Virus record (IMG/VR): IMGVR_UViG_3300031134_000004
Span: 64,001-128,000 of that record
Origin: a virus
Taxonomy: Duplodnaviria; Caudoviricetes
Direction: 5' to 3' (one strand)
Length of the DNA stretch: 64,000 bases
Of the stretch, positions 21,016 through 29,432 are shown one piece after another. The translations under genes and the position numbers were made by a program. The stretch's first letter is position 1; every line of letters begins with the position of its first letter. The notes under the pieces were generated by a model, which saw nothing but the letters and a program-made list of their open reading frames with translations, made no database searches and had not been told where the DNA came from.

Positions 21016-21393
21016 ATGAAAGAATTCGCACTCATCTTCATCCAAGCCCCCATCGTCCAAGTCATCATGGCGGCGGGTTTTCTGCTGATCGCAACGTGCC
21101 ACTATCTGGACAACATGAACCGGCAAGTTGCCGTTGGTGTCTCGGAAATGCTGGACGCTGGAAAACGTCACGGTAACGCATGGGTGGAACTGAACGGCGT
21201 GGTTGTTCAGCGTCGCTTCATGGTGGATAAGCCACACCTTCTGGAAGACCCTAACCGGTTCCAGATCAAAGATATCTTCAACCAACTCCATGCCATGGGG
21301 TTTAAATTGACGTCCCTTGAAATCCTTGTTGGCGACAAAGTCCGGGTGTATCATCCGGGCCAGACTCGTCCCGTTCTTGTCGATGCGCGTTAA
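21016..21393 (+). CDS. hypothetical protein with N-terminal hydrophobic segment
   Basis: aagga SD; followed by a hairpin and T-run at about 21415-21450. Confidence 0.7.
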   Translation: MKEFALIFIQAPIVQVIMAAGFLLIATCHYLDNMNRQVAVGVSEMLDAGKRHGNAWVELNGVVVQRRFMVDKPHLLEDPNRFQIKDIFNQLHAMGFKLTSLEILVGDKVRVYHPGQTRPVLVDAR

Positions 21394-21474
21394 GCGCCTT
21401 TAAGTTACGGCTTTTGGCCACCCGGTTTCGATCGGGTGGTTTTTTTTTTTGTGACACACTAGGAGAAAATAACA

Positions 21475-22296
21475 ATGACTAAATTCGAACAACTTGTCCA
21501 AGCCAATCTCATTCCACTTGCGTTTGTCGCAGCTGGGATTTACTTTAGCTACCTTGGGTGGCTGATGTATCGCAAACGTCAACGAGAAAAGAACAAGACG
21601 TGGCGGGAAGTGCCCCAGATCAAGTGGAACAACCAAGGCATGGCGCTCATTACCGATAGTGCAGTAACGACTACGCCATTTACACCTCATCACACCGAAT
21701 TGATCGGTCGCTATTTCCCTGACTATCTGGCAGGCTTTATCGCCAACCTGTCTCCAGGAGAAATCTCCACGATCTTACTCGAAGTACAAACGCACACCAA
21801 CAAACTCGCTGACGAAAAACAGAAAGACATTCTGCGGGCCTGTACGATAGCTGCAGCGCGTTACGGTTTCTTGCTGCCCATTCCCTTGGTTTGCCTTGAT
21901 GCACGCACCCACGCCCTCTACAGCATGCTTAGCAAGGATCTGGAGATGCAAAAGGTATCGACCGACATGCTGGTCAATTCAGGCGGACCTGAACCTGCAC
22001 AAAACTATCTGCTCGTCTTCGCCATTGTCGGCCATATCCTCATGCACTACGCGTCCAAGGGTCCGTATCCGTCGGTGCAGAACTTCCTGAAAACGGTCAA
22101 CCGCAATCTCAAAGGTGCAGCACCTTTGTCTGACGAGAGCACATTGTCCGTAGCGACAGCCTGGGCGGGTTTATCCAGAATGCCACTGCCGCATCGCTAC
22201 CATCGTTACAACGAAATTACCGACGCTGTGTATAACAGCAACCATGTTCACAAAGTCGTCGAGGAAAGCAAACCTCGCTTGACCCTCGTTAAATAA
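21475..22296 (+). CDS. hypothetical membrane-anchored protein
   Basis: aggag SD; N-terminal TM segment followed by basic residues. Confidence 0.75.
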   Translation: MTKFEQLVQANLIPLAFVAAGIYFSYLGWLMYRKRQREKNKTWREVPQIKWNNQGMALITDSAVTTTPFTPHHTELIGRYFPDYLAGFIANLSPGEISTILLEVQTHTNKLADEKQKDILRACTIAAARYGFLLPIPLVCLDARTHALYSMLSKDLEMQKVSTDMLVNSGGPEPAQNYLLVFAIVGHILMHYASKGPYPSVQNFLKTVNRNLKGAAPLSDESTLSVATAWAGLSRMPLPHRYHRYNEITDAVYNSNHVHKVVEESKPRLTLVK

Positions 22297-22305
22297 AGGA
22301 TCATC

Positions 22306-23001
22306 ATGAAACTCATTATGTTTGCAGGTGCAGGTGCAGTCGGTAAGACCAAACTACTCGAAGCGTGCGTAAAGTTGGCTGAGACTCGGCGTATGCGTGT
22401 GGCTGAACACAAGTCCACTACCCGTAAGACGTACGAGCGTCACGGTTATACGCAAGAGAGCGATGCGCTTAGTAACCCAGAGACGAATCGCTTGTTCCAA
22501 CACGAAGTCATGTCGGACAATATCCGTGCACTGGAAGAGACGGTTTGCACAGCAGTCGGTCGTCGTCTGGATGTGGTCTTTGCTGATCGCACACCGCACG
22601 ACTACGCTGCGTACTACTTCACCGTCTTTGCTGACATCCTGGATATTCACACCATCCAGCGCAAGCGCGACATAGCTGATACGGCATTGGCGCGCATGCA
22701 CAATGAATTTGACAAGCGTGTTGAAGTTGTCATCTACATGTTGCCGTTCCCTTGCTACTGGTCGGTTGACACTGATTCGTCCGATGGCTGGCGACGCGAT
22801 ACCACGGGCAAGAACCTGCTCTGGTCAAACTCGGTGGAAGCAGAAGTTGCTAACATCAAGCGTCGTCTTGAACTTGAAGGCTTCGAGCAAAACCACATCA
22901 CGGTTAAGCGTCTGCCACCGTTCTTTGAAAACGGTACGCCAGAAGAACGCGCGATCGGTATTCTCTCGGAAGAATTCCCACTTAAATCTCGTTTTGGATA
23001 A
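22306..23001 (+). CDS. P-loop kinase-like protein (AAA_28/NadR- or dNMP-kinase-like)
   Basis: Walker A GAGAVGKT; hhhhDR motif VVFADRTPHD. Confidence 0.7.
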   Translation: MKLIMFAGAGAVGKTKLLEACVKLAETRRMRVAEHKSTTRKTYERHGYTQESDALSNPETNRLFQHEVMSDNIRALEETVCTAVGRRLDVVFADRTPHDYAAYYFTVFADILDIHTIQRKRDIADTALARMHNEFDKRVEVVIYMLPFPCYWSVDTDSSDGWRRDTTGKNLLWSNSVEAEVANIKRRLELEGFEQNHITVKRLPPFFENGTPEERAIGILSEEFPLKSRFG

Positions 23002-23004
23002 AAC

Positions 23005-23454
23005 ATGAGTAACTTAGTCAAAGAAGCCATGGCGTTTGAATCGGACATGACGGTCAGTCATTTCCTTGTAGAGAACCAAGCCATGGTCTTAACGGTCAAT
23101 GCTCCTTACATGACCAAAGCGCAAGTTGAAGAAGCTGGCTACGAAGAAGGTAACGTCGTCTATCCTGAATGGGTGGTTGACGAATTGCGTTCTGAAGTCG
23201 AGCGCCTGCAAGCCATGATCGAGCCTCACCCGCCGAGTCGCGATTGCGAGTGCCAGCGTTGCCAAGACGATTTCGCTGAGAAAGACAAGACGCCTTCGGA
23301 TGGCGAAATCTACAGCATCGTCAAACCGCCTCCAGCGTGGGACGAGACGAACGCCCAAAAAGCAATCGTCATGGCAATGCACGGTACGCCTGAACAACGT
23401 AAAGAAGCCACGGCGTTTTTCCGTCACCATCTCAACACGAACAAAAAGGACTGA
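23005..23454 (+). CDS. hypothetical protein
   Basis: In-operon, 149 aa, CECQRC motif. Confidence 0.7.
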   Translation: MSNLVKEAMAFESDMTVSHFLVENQAMVLTVNAPYMTKAQVEEAGYEEGNVVYPEWVVDELRSEVERLQAMIEPHPPSRDCECQRCQDDFAEKDKTPSDGEIYSIVKPPPAWDETNAQKAIVMAMHGTPEQRKEATAFFRHHLNTNKKD

Positions 23455-23457
23455 CCA

Positions 23458-23991
23458 ATGTTTGACGCAACCGGCTGGCTTCTTTTTCTCGGCGTTGTGG
23501 GATGGATTTTGTTGTTCTGGTTAATGCGCACTCTTAACGCGCGTGATAAGAAGGAATTGCTAAAACAGAACACAGCTTTTAGCGTTGCCAAAGAACTCGG
23601 TTACGACGGCTCAGAAAAAGACTGGCTCAACGAATTTGTCAATGAGGAAAGAGCGCCTTCTTTCCCCTGCCATGATCCGTTTCATGAGTACTGGTTTGGT
23701 TACCAAGACAACGTGCCTTCGTACGAGAGCGCGGACGGTTTGGATGTGCGGTTGGGAATCCCTTACGCCAATCCTTACGTCCCCATGAGTTACGAATACA
23801 CGTACTACAGTGGTGACGATCGGGTCTCGGGAACTGACAACATGCTTCCTTACGAGAAGATGATGGTGGAAATTAGAGCGGTGCTCAATCCACGTTTTGG
23901 CGACATGAGCGCGTACCGAAAAGCTGTGGCTAAAGAGCGGGTGAATAAACACATGCGTACTCACCGCATGCGTCCTGCTCGCGTTAATTAG
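23458..23991 (+). CDS. hypothetical membrane-anchored protein
   Basis: aagga SD; N-terminal TM segment. Confidence 0.7.
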   Translation: MFDATGWLLFLGVVGWILLFWLMRTLNARDKKELLKQNTAFSVAKELGYDGSEKDWLNEFVNEERAPSFPCHDPFHEYWFGYQDNVPSYESADGLDVRLGIPYANPYVPMSYEYTYYSGDDRVSGTDNMLPYEKMMVEIRAVLNPRFGDMSAYRKAVAKERVNKHMRTHRMRPARVN

Positions 23992-23999
23992 GAGCACGT

Positions 24000-24428
24000 A
24001 TGGAAAACATACCTTGGCTGGTAGGTTTTGTGGTGGCTGCTTTGATCTTGGCCAAAATCTTCAGCGTCTTTCCGTTTCGTCCTAAGCGTTCGAACTTGAC
24101 GTATCGTGAAGTCATGCAAGACGGTTCGGTTAGGGAGATTCCCAATCCACACCCGTACGGTAGCCGAGAAGCGTTCCACGAGCTTCAGCTACAGCGCAAT
24201 ATCGCCATGTATCGACAACAAACGGGGAAGGAACCAAGCGAAGAAGAGCGCTACATCGCGATGATGCATGCAACAGGTTACGTGCAAACAGGATTGACTT
24301 ACCGTGATTACTTACGGGACTTCGGGCCAGCTACTCATACGAGAAGAACCGCTATCGAGCGTGCGCAAAAGCGTAAGCTCAAACCACTGCAACCGACGCG
24401 TCCTCGTCGCTCTGTTGCTCGACCTTAA
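24000..24428 (+). CDS. hypothetical membrane-anchored protein
   Basis: aggag SD; N-terminal TM segment and basic C-terminus. Confidence 0.7.
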   Translation: MENIPWLVGFVVAALILAKIFSVFPFRPKRSNLTYREVMQDGSVREIPNPHPYGSREAFHELQLQRNIAMYRQQTGKEPSEEERYIAMMHATGYVQTGLTYRDYLRDFGPATHTRRTAIERAQKRKLKPLQPTRPRRSVARP

Positions 24429-24439
24429 AGGAGAACAGC

Positions 24440-24547
24440 ATGCGTAAGCGTTATCGTAGTTCGGAGGATGAGTGGCTTGCGGGCTTTATCATCACCGTCG
24501 TGTTCGGTGTCGTTTGCTGGCTCATCTATAAGTTCGTGATCCAATGA
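24440..24547 (+). CDS. small membrane protein, 35 aa
   Basis: aaggag SD; MRKRYRSSEDEWLAGFIITVVFGVVCWLIYKFVIQ; its stop overlaps the NADAR start (ATGA). Confidence 0.6.
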   Translation: MRKRYRSSEDEWLAGFIITVVFGVVCWLIYKFVIQ

Positions 24548-25050
24548 CAGTCGGTGTTGTAGACGACTTCTTCTTGTTCTTCGGTAAGGAAGATCTTTTC
24601 TCTCAATGGAATTGGCGGGGCATTACAGTTAAGGGAGTGTTCTTTAAGACGTGCGAACACTTCATGATGTATTGCAAGGCCAAGCTCTTTAAAGACGATG
24701 AGATTGCCGAAGAAATACTGATAGCATCCAGTCCTAGGGAAGCCAAACGTCTTGGTCGGCTCGTTAAAGGGTTCGACGAAGACGTTTGGGTACAACACCG
24801 CTTAAAGTACGTCACGGCAGCTTGCCTTGCCAAAGCACGCCAATACCCAGAAGTCATGGCGCTGCTTAAATCGACTGGCGCAAAGATCATTGTCGAGGCA
24901 AGTCCTTACGATGGTATTTGGGGTGTGAAACTGGGAGCGAATGATTCACGTATCTTAGACCCAGATGCGTGGCGGGGATTGAATTTGTTGGGTCAAGCGT
25001 GGATGATTGCAAGAACAACACTCTGGTTAGAAGAAAGGAAAGCTGCATGA
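24544..25050 (+). CDS. NADAR (YbiA-like) family protein
   Basis: Motifs LFSQW, CEHFMMYCKAKLFKD, AKRLGRLV, KARQY, IVEASPYDGIWG and GLNLLGQAWM. Confidence 0.9.
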   Translation: MTVGVVDDFFLFFGKEDLFSQWNWRGITVKGVFFKTCEHFMMYCKAKLFKDDEIAEEILIASSPREAKRLGRLVKGFDEDVWVQHRLKYVTAACLAKARQYPEVMALLKSTGAKIIVEASPYDGIWGVKLGANDSRILDPDAWRGLNLLGQAWMIARTTLWLEERKAA

Positions 25051-25187
25051 TTGATAGAATTTTCAATGCGGTTACTAACATGACTGTAGATAATGCGATA
25101 GCCTTTATTCTTGGCATGGGGATTGGTTTCGTATTGATCTACGTTATTCCAGCATTGTGGAAACGTAGGGGGGAAGATGTGGTTTGA
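25047..25187 (+). CDS. small membrane protein, 46 aa
   Basis: ATGA overlap with the NADAR stop; hydrophobic AIAFILGMGIGFVLIYVIPALW. Confidence 0.55.
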   Translation: MIDRIFNAVTNMTVDNAIAFILGMGIGFVLIYVIPALWKRRGEDVV

Positions 25188-25635
25188 TAGTGCAGTGCAA
25201 GGAAAACCCATGCGTGCTTTCGGGTATCGCTGGGAAAGCTGGTGGTATCCGTACTTAACCAAACAGCTACTCGAAGATGGTGATAGTTGGATGGCGCGTG
25301 AGTTGTACGTGTGTGATGACACCACAAGCTGGGAGTCGCCACACATTCAAGGCATGCGTTTGTATCTCATCCACTTTGACATCAAGAACCCTTTGGTGAT
25401 CCTTAATTCTCGCAAGTGTTACGAGTGGGAGTTCGGACACAAAGAAGTCGATGCAGTGCGTGCAAAAGGATACGACGCTATTATCTACACGCCCCATGCA
25501 AAGGTAAAGCCGTCAACGAATCGGCAAACGTTATTGCTCTACCCTGCTCAGCAAGTGCTGGAGATTGAACTACTGCAAGGGGATCACCATTGTGGTTTGC
25601 CACCGGGTGTGGACGTTTGGTCGTGGGGCGACTGA
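25177..25635 (+). CDS. hypothetical protein, possibly a divergent ART-PolyVal-like ADP-ribosyltransferase fold
   Basis: LYLIHFDIKNPL, KGYDAII and LLLYPAQQV resemble the VY.V.L...NPL, GYDGI and VVF.P.QI pattern. Confidence 0.45.
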   Translation: MWFDSAVQGKPMRAFGYRWESWWYPYLTKQLLEDGDSWMARELYVCDDTTSWESPHIQGMRLYLIHFDIKNPLVILNSRKCYEWEFGHKEVDAVRAKGYDAIIYTPHAKVKPSTNRQTLLLYPAQQVLEIELLQGDHHCGLPPGVDVWSWGD

Positions 25636-25666
25636 TTGTCAAAAATAACTGACTAGGGGAAATAGC

Positions 25667-25960
25667 ATGAGTGAAACGAATGCAGTAGCAGTACCTGAAG
25701 TTGTCAAGCTTGAGCCGATTGACTTTAATGACTTGCCAGAACAATGTAAGCCCAGTTTAGCGAGATGGATCGTAACGCAAGAAAAATCCTACTATCCAGT
25801 GGTGATGTTTTTCCGTGAAGAAGTCGAAGCTTACCAGTGGGCGGGGTATTTGTCTTCACAGGTTAATCCGGAAGACAACCACGAACGGGTGCGTGCTATT
25901 ACTGTTGCAGAAATCAAACAACAAGTCGTCATGCCTGGATACGACATTGCCGATGAATAA
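25667..25960 (+). CDS. hypothetical protein
   Basis: gggg SD, 97 aa. Confidence 0.65.
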   Translation: MSETNAVAVPEVVKLEPIDFNDLPEQCKPSLARWIVTQEKSYYPVVMFFREEVEAYQWAGYLSSQVNPEDNHERVRAITVAEIKQQVVMPGYDIADE

Positions 25961-25991
25961 GTAAGCCAACCAGAAAACAAGGAAGAAACAA

Positions 25992-27041
25992 ATGAGTGCA
26001 ACACAAAGCTACCACGATCTTATCAACCGTGTCCGCGCTATGGGTGACGTCATGCCCAACCGCACCGGTGTCGACACTATCAAGACCGTGGGTGAGATGT
26101 TTAAGATCGACCTACGCCAAGGCTTTCCTCTCTTGACCAGCAAGAAGATGGCAGGCAATGGTGCTGTGGCAATTAACGAGACCTTCGGGTTCTTCCGTGG
26201 TTACACGAGCGCTGCAGACTTTCGTCGTCTGGGCGTGAACGTCTGGAACAAGAATGCCAATTCCCATGGCGTCAAACCCAATGCCTGGCTCGACAACCCA
26301 TTCCGTGAAGGTGTGGACCATCTGGGTGCGGTGTACGGTGACCAGTGGCGTAACTGGCCTGGCTACAAGGTGATCAAAGCCTTGCCGAAGGATGCGTCGA
26401 AAGAAGAAGGCGAGCGCTACATGGTAACGGTCGCCATGCTGGAAAAACAAGGCTGGCAGTTTATCGGCACGACATTCGAAGACGAGCGGATCTATTACAA
26501 GTCGCTCGACCAACTCGGCGAATGCGTACGCAAGATCATCGAAACGCCAGAAGACCGCCGCATCATCTTCCACGCATGGAACGTTGCGATGCTCGACCAG
26601 ATGGCGCTGCCACCATGCCACCTGCTGTACCAGTTCTTCCCGAACACGACCCACAAGCGTTTGGACATGGTGATCTACGTGCGCAGCAACGACCTGTGCC
26701 TGGGTACGCCATTTAACATGGTCGGCGCCGCTACTGTGCTTGCTGCCATGGCGCGGGTGACTGGTTACGAAGCCGGTATCGTCTCGTACATGATCGGCGA
26801 TGCGCACGTCTACGCCAACCAACACGAATACCTCGACGAACAAATGTCGAAGGTGCCGTACAAACAACCGTCGTGGAAGTGGCGTGATGTGGTGCCTGGT
26901 GAAGAAACCTTTGGTCCATCCAATCCGAACTGGATCAAGGATGCGATTCGTGCGCTGACGGAATTCGAGGCGCAAGACATCATCATCGAAAACTACGAGT
27001 ACCACGAACTGGTCACGCCCGTTCCACCAATGGTTGTTTGA
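25992..27041 (+). CDS. thyA: thymidylate synthase
   Basis: Motifs RTG, GFPLLTSKK, LGAVYGDQWR, DRRIIFHAWN, ALPPCHLLYQF, VRSNDLCLGTPFN and GDAHVY. Confidence 0.95.
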   Translation: MSATQSYHDLINRVRAMGDVMPNRTGVDTIKTVGEMFKIDLRQGFPLLTSKKMAGNGAVAINETFGFFRGYTSAADFRRLGVNVWNKNANSHGVKPNAWLDNPFREGVDHLGAVYGDQWRNWPGYKVIKALPKDASKEEGERYMVTVAMLEKQGWQFIGTTFEDERIYYKSLDQLGECVRKIIETPEDRRIIFHAWNVAMLDQMALPPCHLLYQFFPNTTHKRLDMVIYVRSNDLCLGTPFNMVGAATVLAAMARVTGYEAGIVSYMIGDAHVYANQHEYLDEQMSKVPYKQPSWKWRDVVPGEETFGPSNPNWIKDAIRALTEFEAQDIIIENYEYHELVTPVPPMVV

Positions 27042-27058
27042 TAGCAAGGGGGAAAGAA

Positions 27059-27781
27059 ATGAAGTATTTGAAGTTGGATGAGATCGCCACGCATCAACAA
27101 GTCGGTATCATCAGTGAGCTTGCTGCTGACGATGTGAATGAACTCGATCAATTGCGTTCACTCATTATCAAGAACGTCCAGTTGCTGGACCATCCTGGTG
27201 TGCGGGTTCTCAATACGTTACTCAGTAGCGTGGTCGACCTTCAGCATGCCAAGTTCGACAAGGACTTGCCTGTCACGCAGGATTGGGTACACAGCCTGAC
27301 GCTCATGCAGCAGTCAGTGCTCTTGACCGCGATCCGTGGACCAGACGGCCGCGCTAAATACGAAGCGCCTAAGATGCTGGTTCGCTGGTATCGCCGGTGC
27401 GTTCTCATCTCCGCGTTCGACCGCGAGACGATCGACAATCCATGGGACGCGCGTGGTGGTAGCTTTACTGGCCCATCAATTCAAGTTGGGATGAACGAGC
27501 AGTACTCTTCGCTCAGTCGTCTCTTAAAGCCGGAAGTCGATGCGTACCTGAAACAACTCGACGCCGTCCCTGTGCACTTCCAGCGACACTTCATGCATGC
27601 GGCTGAAATCCTCGGCTACAAGCATCCGGTGCCAGAGATTCGTGCGTTCTGGCTCGACTTCTACGTGCAACTCGTTGAAGAGATCCACTTGACGCCGGAG
27701 ACGGAAGAAGAGATGGACAAGCGCCTGGGTGACAACCGGGAAGGTTGGCTCGAACGCAGCAGTGATGCTACCAGGAATTAA
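27059..27781 (+). CDS. conserved phage hypothetical protein
   Basis: Start MKYLKL after a gggg SD. QDWVHSLTLMQQSVLLTAIRGPDG, GGSFTGP and HFMHAAEILGYKHP are motifs I recall from other phage hypotheticals. Confidence 0.75.
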   Translation: MKYLKLDEIATHQQVGIISELAADDVNELDQLRSLIIKNVQLLDHPGVRVLNTLLSSVVDLQHAKFDKDLPVTQDWVHSLTLMQQSVLLTAIRGPDGRAKYEAPKMLVRWYRRCVLISAFDRETIDNPWDARGGSFTGPSIQVGMNEQYSSLSRLLKPEVDAYLKQLDAVPVHFQRHFMHAAEILGYKHPVPEIRAFWLDFYVQLVEEIHLTPETEEEMDKRLGDNREGWLERSSDATRN

Positions 27782-27783
27782 CG

Positions 27784-28116
27784 GTGGCTACTGTCAAGGA
27801 ACGCCTTCTTACCAAGGCGGAGCTAAGTCCAATGAGTAACGAAGCACTCTCGTCGACCCATCAAGCAGGTGACACGGTGTGGCTTTGGCACTCAAAGGAC
27901 AAGCATGTGGAAGGTCACGTACAAGGCGTGACGTTTAGCAACGGTTGGATCGTGTCTTACGATGTGGCCGTTGAAATCCAAGACTCAGGACTGTACGTTG
28001 TGACGTATGGTCTTCGAGGGGGGATTACGAAACCGGGTGGTGATTATCCGGGGGACGATGGCGGGTTGACAAAAACAAGCGACACGCCTTATACCAGCAA
28101 ACGACTGCATCACTAA
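27784..28116 (+). CDS. hypothetical protein (SH3-like beta core)
   Basis: agga SD with GTG start; GDTVWL...VEGHVQGVTF. Confidence 0.6.
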   Translation: MATVKERLLTKAELSPMSNEALSSTHQAGDTVWLWHSKDKHVEGHVQGVTFSNGWIVSYDVAVEIQDSGLYVVTYGLRGGITKPGGDYPGDDGGLTKTSDTPYTSKRLHH

Positions 28117-28132
28117 CAAACAAGGGGAAACA

Positions 28133-28831
28133 ATGCAAACCAAGCCTTACCTCCAAAAGAAACTCATTCCGATCGTCTTGGTCGGTCTGGGTTCGAGCAA
28201 CGAGCAACTGAACGAAGCTGTCAAGCGGATGTTCGAAGAAGACCTCGTCGATATCTCGGAACTGAATACCTCGATGTCAGTGAACCTCACTGACAAGAAA
28301 ATCGAATACGCCAGCGCCGATGGCTTTACGATTCGCCTGAACGAAACCAAGGAAAAGCAGTTCCAGCGTATTTTCGAAGCCTGGGCGTTTGAAGCCATCA
28401 GCTGTAAAGAATTCACACCGGACATGGAAGTGCTGTTTGTCGAACCTGACGAACAAGGCGACATGGTCGATGCGTGGATCGTGCGTGTTGTCGGTCCAAC
28501 CTACTTCGACGGCAATGCTGCGCAAATGGTGCCGCCTACCGAAGCCATGGTCGAGAACAACTCGCATTATCGTCCAAGCGCCATCGCCATGAGCTTTGCC
28601 GGGCGCATCACGACGGGTTACCCAATCATGGAACGCGTCATGCCGGTCTACCAGCAGTACCGGAACAACCAGCAAGAAGCCAGCGAACCAGTGCCGATCA
28701 AACGCACCCCCCGCGCTAAAGGCCCGTCGGCCAAGGTCCGCGCTGGTCTCGAAGAAACGGCCAAGCTGGTCGACGCTGCAGCCGAAACCAAACCAAAGCG
28801 CAACCGCGCCGTTAAAGTTAAAGCTGCGTAA
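28133..28831 (+). CDS. hypothetical protein with basic Lys/Ala-rich tail
   Basis: aacaagggg SD; strong codon bias. Confidence 0.8.
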   Translation: MQTKPYLQKKLIPIVLVGLGSSNEQLNEAVKRMFEEDLVDISELNTSMSVNLTDKKIEYASADGFTIRLNETKEKQFQRIFEAWAFEAISCKEFTPDMEVLFVEPDEQGDMVDAWIVRVVGPTYFDGNAAQMVPPTEAMVENNSHYRPSAIAMSFAGRITTGYPIMERVMPVYQQYRNNQQEASEPVPIKRTPRAKGPSAKVRAGLEETAKLVDAAAETKPKRNRAVKVKAA

Positions 28832-28856
28832 CTTCGATTGAAGACATGCGTGAGGG

Positions 28857-29432
28857 GTGACGCCCTCGCGCTCTATGAATGGCTACCTAAGAAAAATGCC
28901 TGCACACAAAAAAGAAACTCGCAAACACGACCATCCTCAATACAAACGTTGGTTAAGTATGAACCAGCGCTGTAACAATCCGTCTATCCGGGGTTGTAAT
29001 GAGCGTCGTGCTCTTGGAGTGAAAGTCGACCCTGTTTGGGAACAAGACAATCCTGAAGGACTCAACAACTTCACAATGTGGGTTGAGGAGAAGTTGAAAG
29101 AAACACCCGAACTACGTTCTGTAGAGTATCGCATCATTCGGACTGACCTTAGCAAAAACTATGGTCCTAACAACTGTATTCTGGGAACACCCCAAGAGGC
29201 CACGCAGCATCGTGTCACAAGTGTATTGACGGAAGAACTCGTCATTGCCATGCGTCGACATAAGCGCGCTAATCCGGATACCAGTTTAGCCCAAATGGAG
29301 AAACTCTTTGGACAACATCAAGTCAATATTTCACGCTGTCTTCGCGGTATTACGTGGGACAGTGTCAACCATATCGAAGCACCCATCCCGAAACACGGGA
29401 GCATTAAAGAGGACAAACAAGATGAACACTAA
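28857..29432 (+). CDS. HNH homing-endonuclease-like protein, apparently degenerate, with C-terminal HTH
   Basis: YKRWLSMNQRCNNP, VKVDPVW, NFTMWV and NYGPNNC match a phage HNH family; C-terminal SLAQMEKLFGQHQVNISRCLRG. The start may be 28876 or 28897. Confidence 0.6.
   Translation: MTPSRSMNGYLRKMPAHKKETRKHDHPQYKRWLSMNQRCNNPSIRGCNERRALGVKVDPVWEQDNPEGLNNFTMWVEEKLKETPELRSVEYRIIRTDLSKNYGPNNCILGTPQEATQHRVTSVLTEELVIAMRRHKRANPDTSLAQMEKLFGQHQVNISRCLRGITWDSVNHIEAPIPKHGSIKEDKQDEH

Noticed and set aside
25992-27041. dCMP/dUMP hydroxymethylase indicating modified DNA
   Set aside because: The PFN asparagine and other canonical ThyA motifs are present, and no glycosyl- or amino-transferase genes are nearby.
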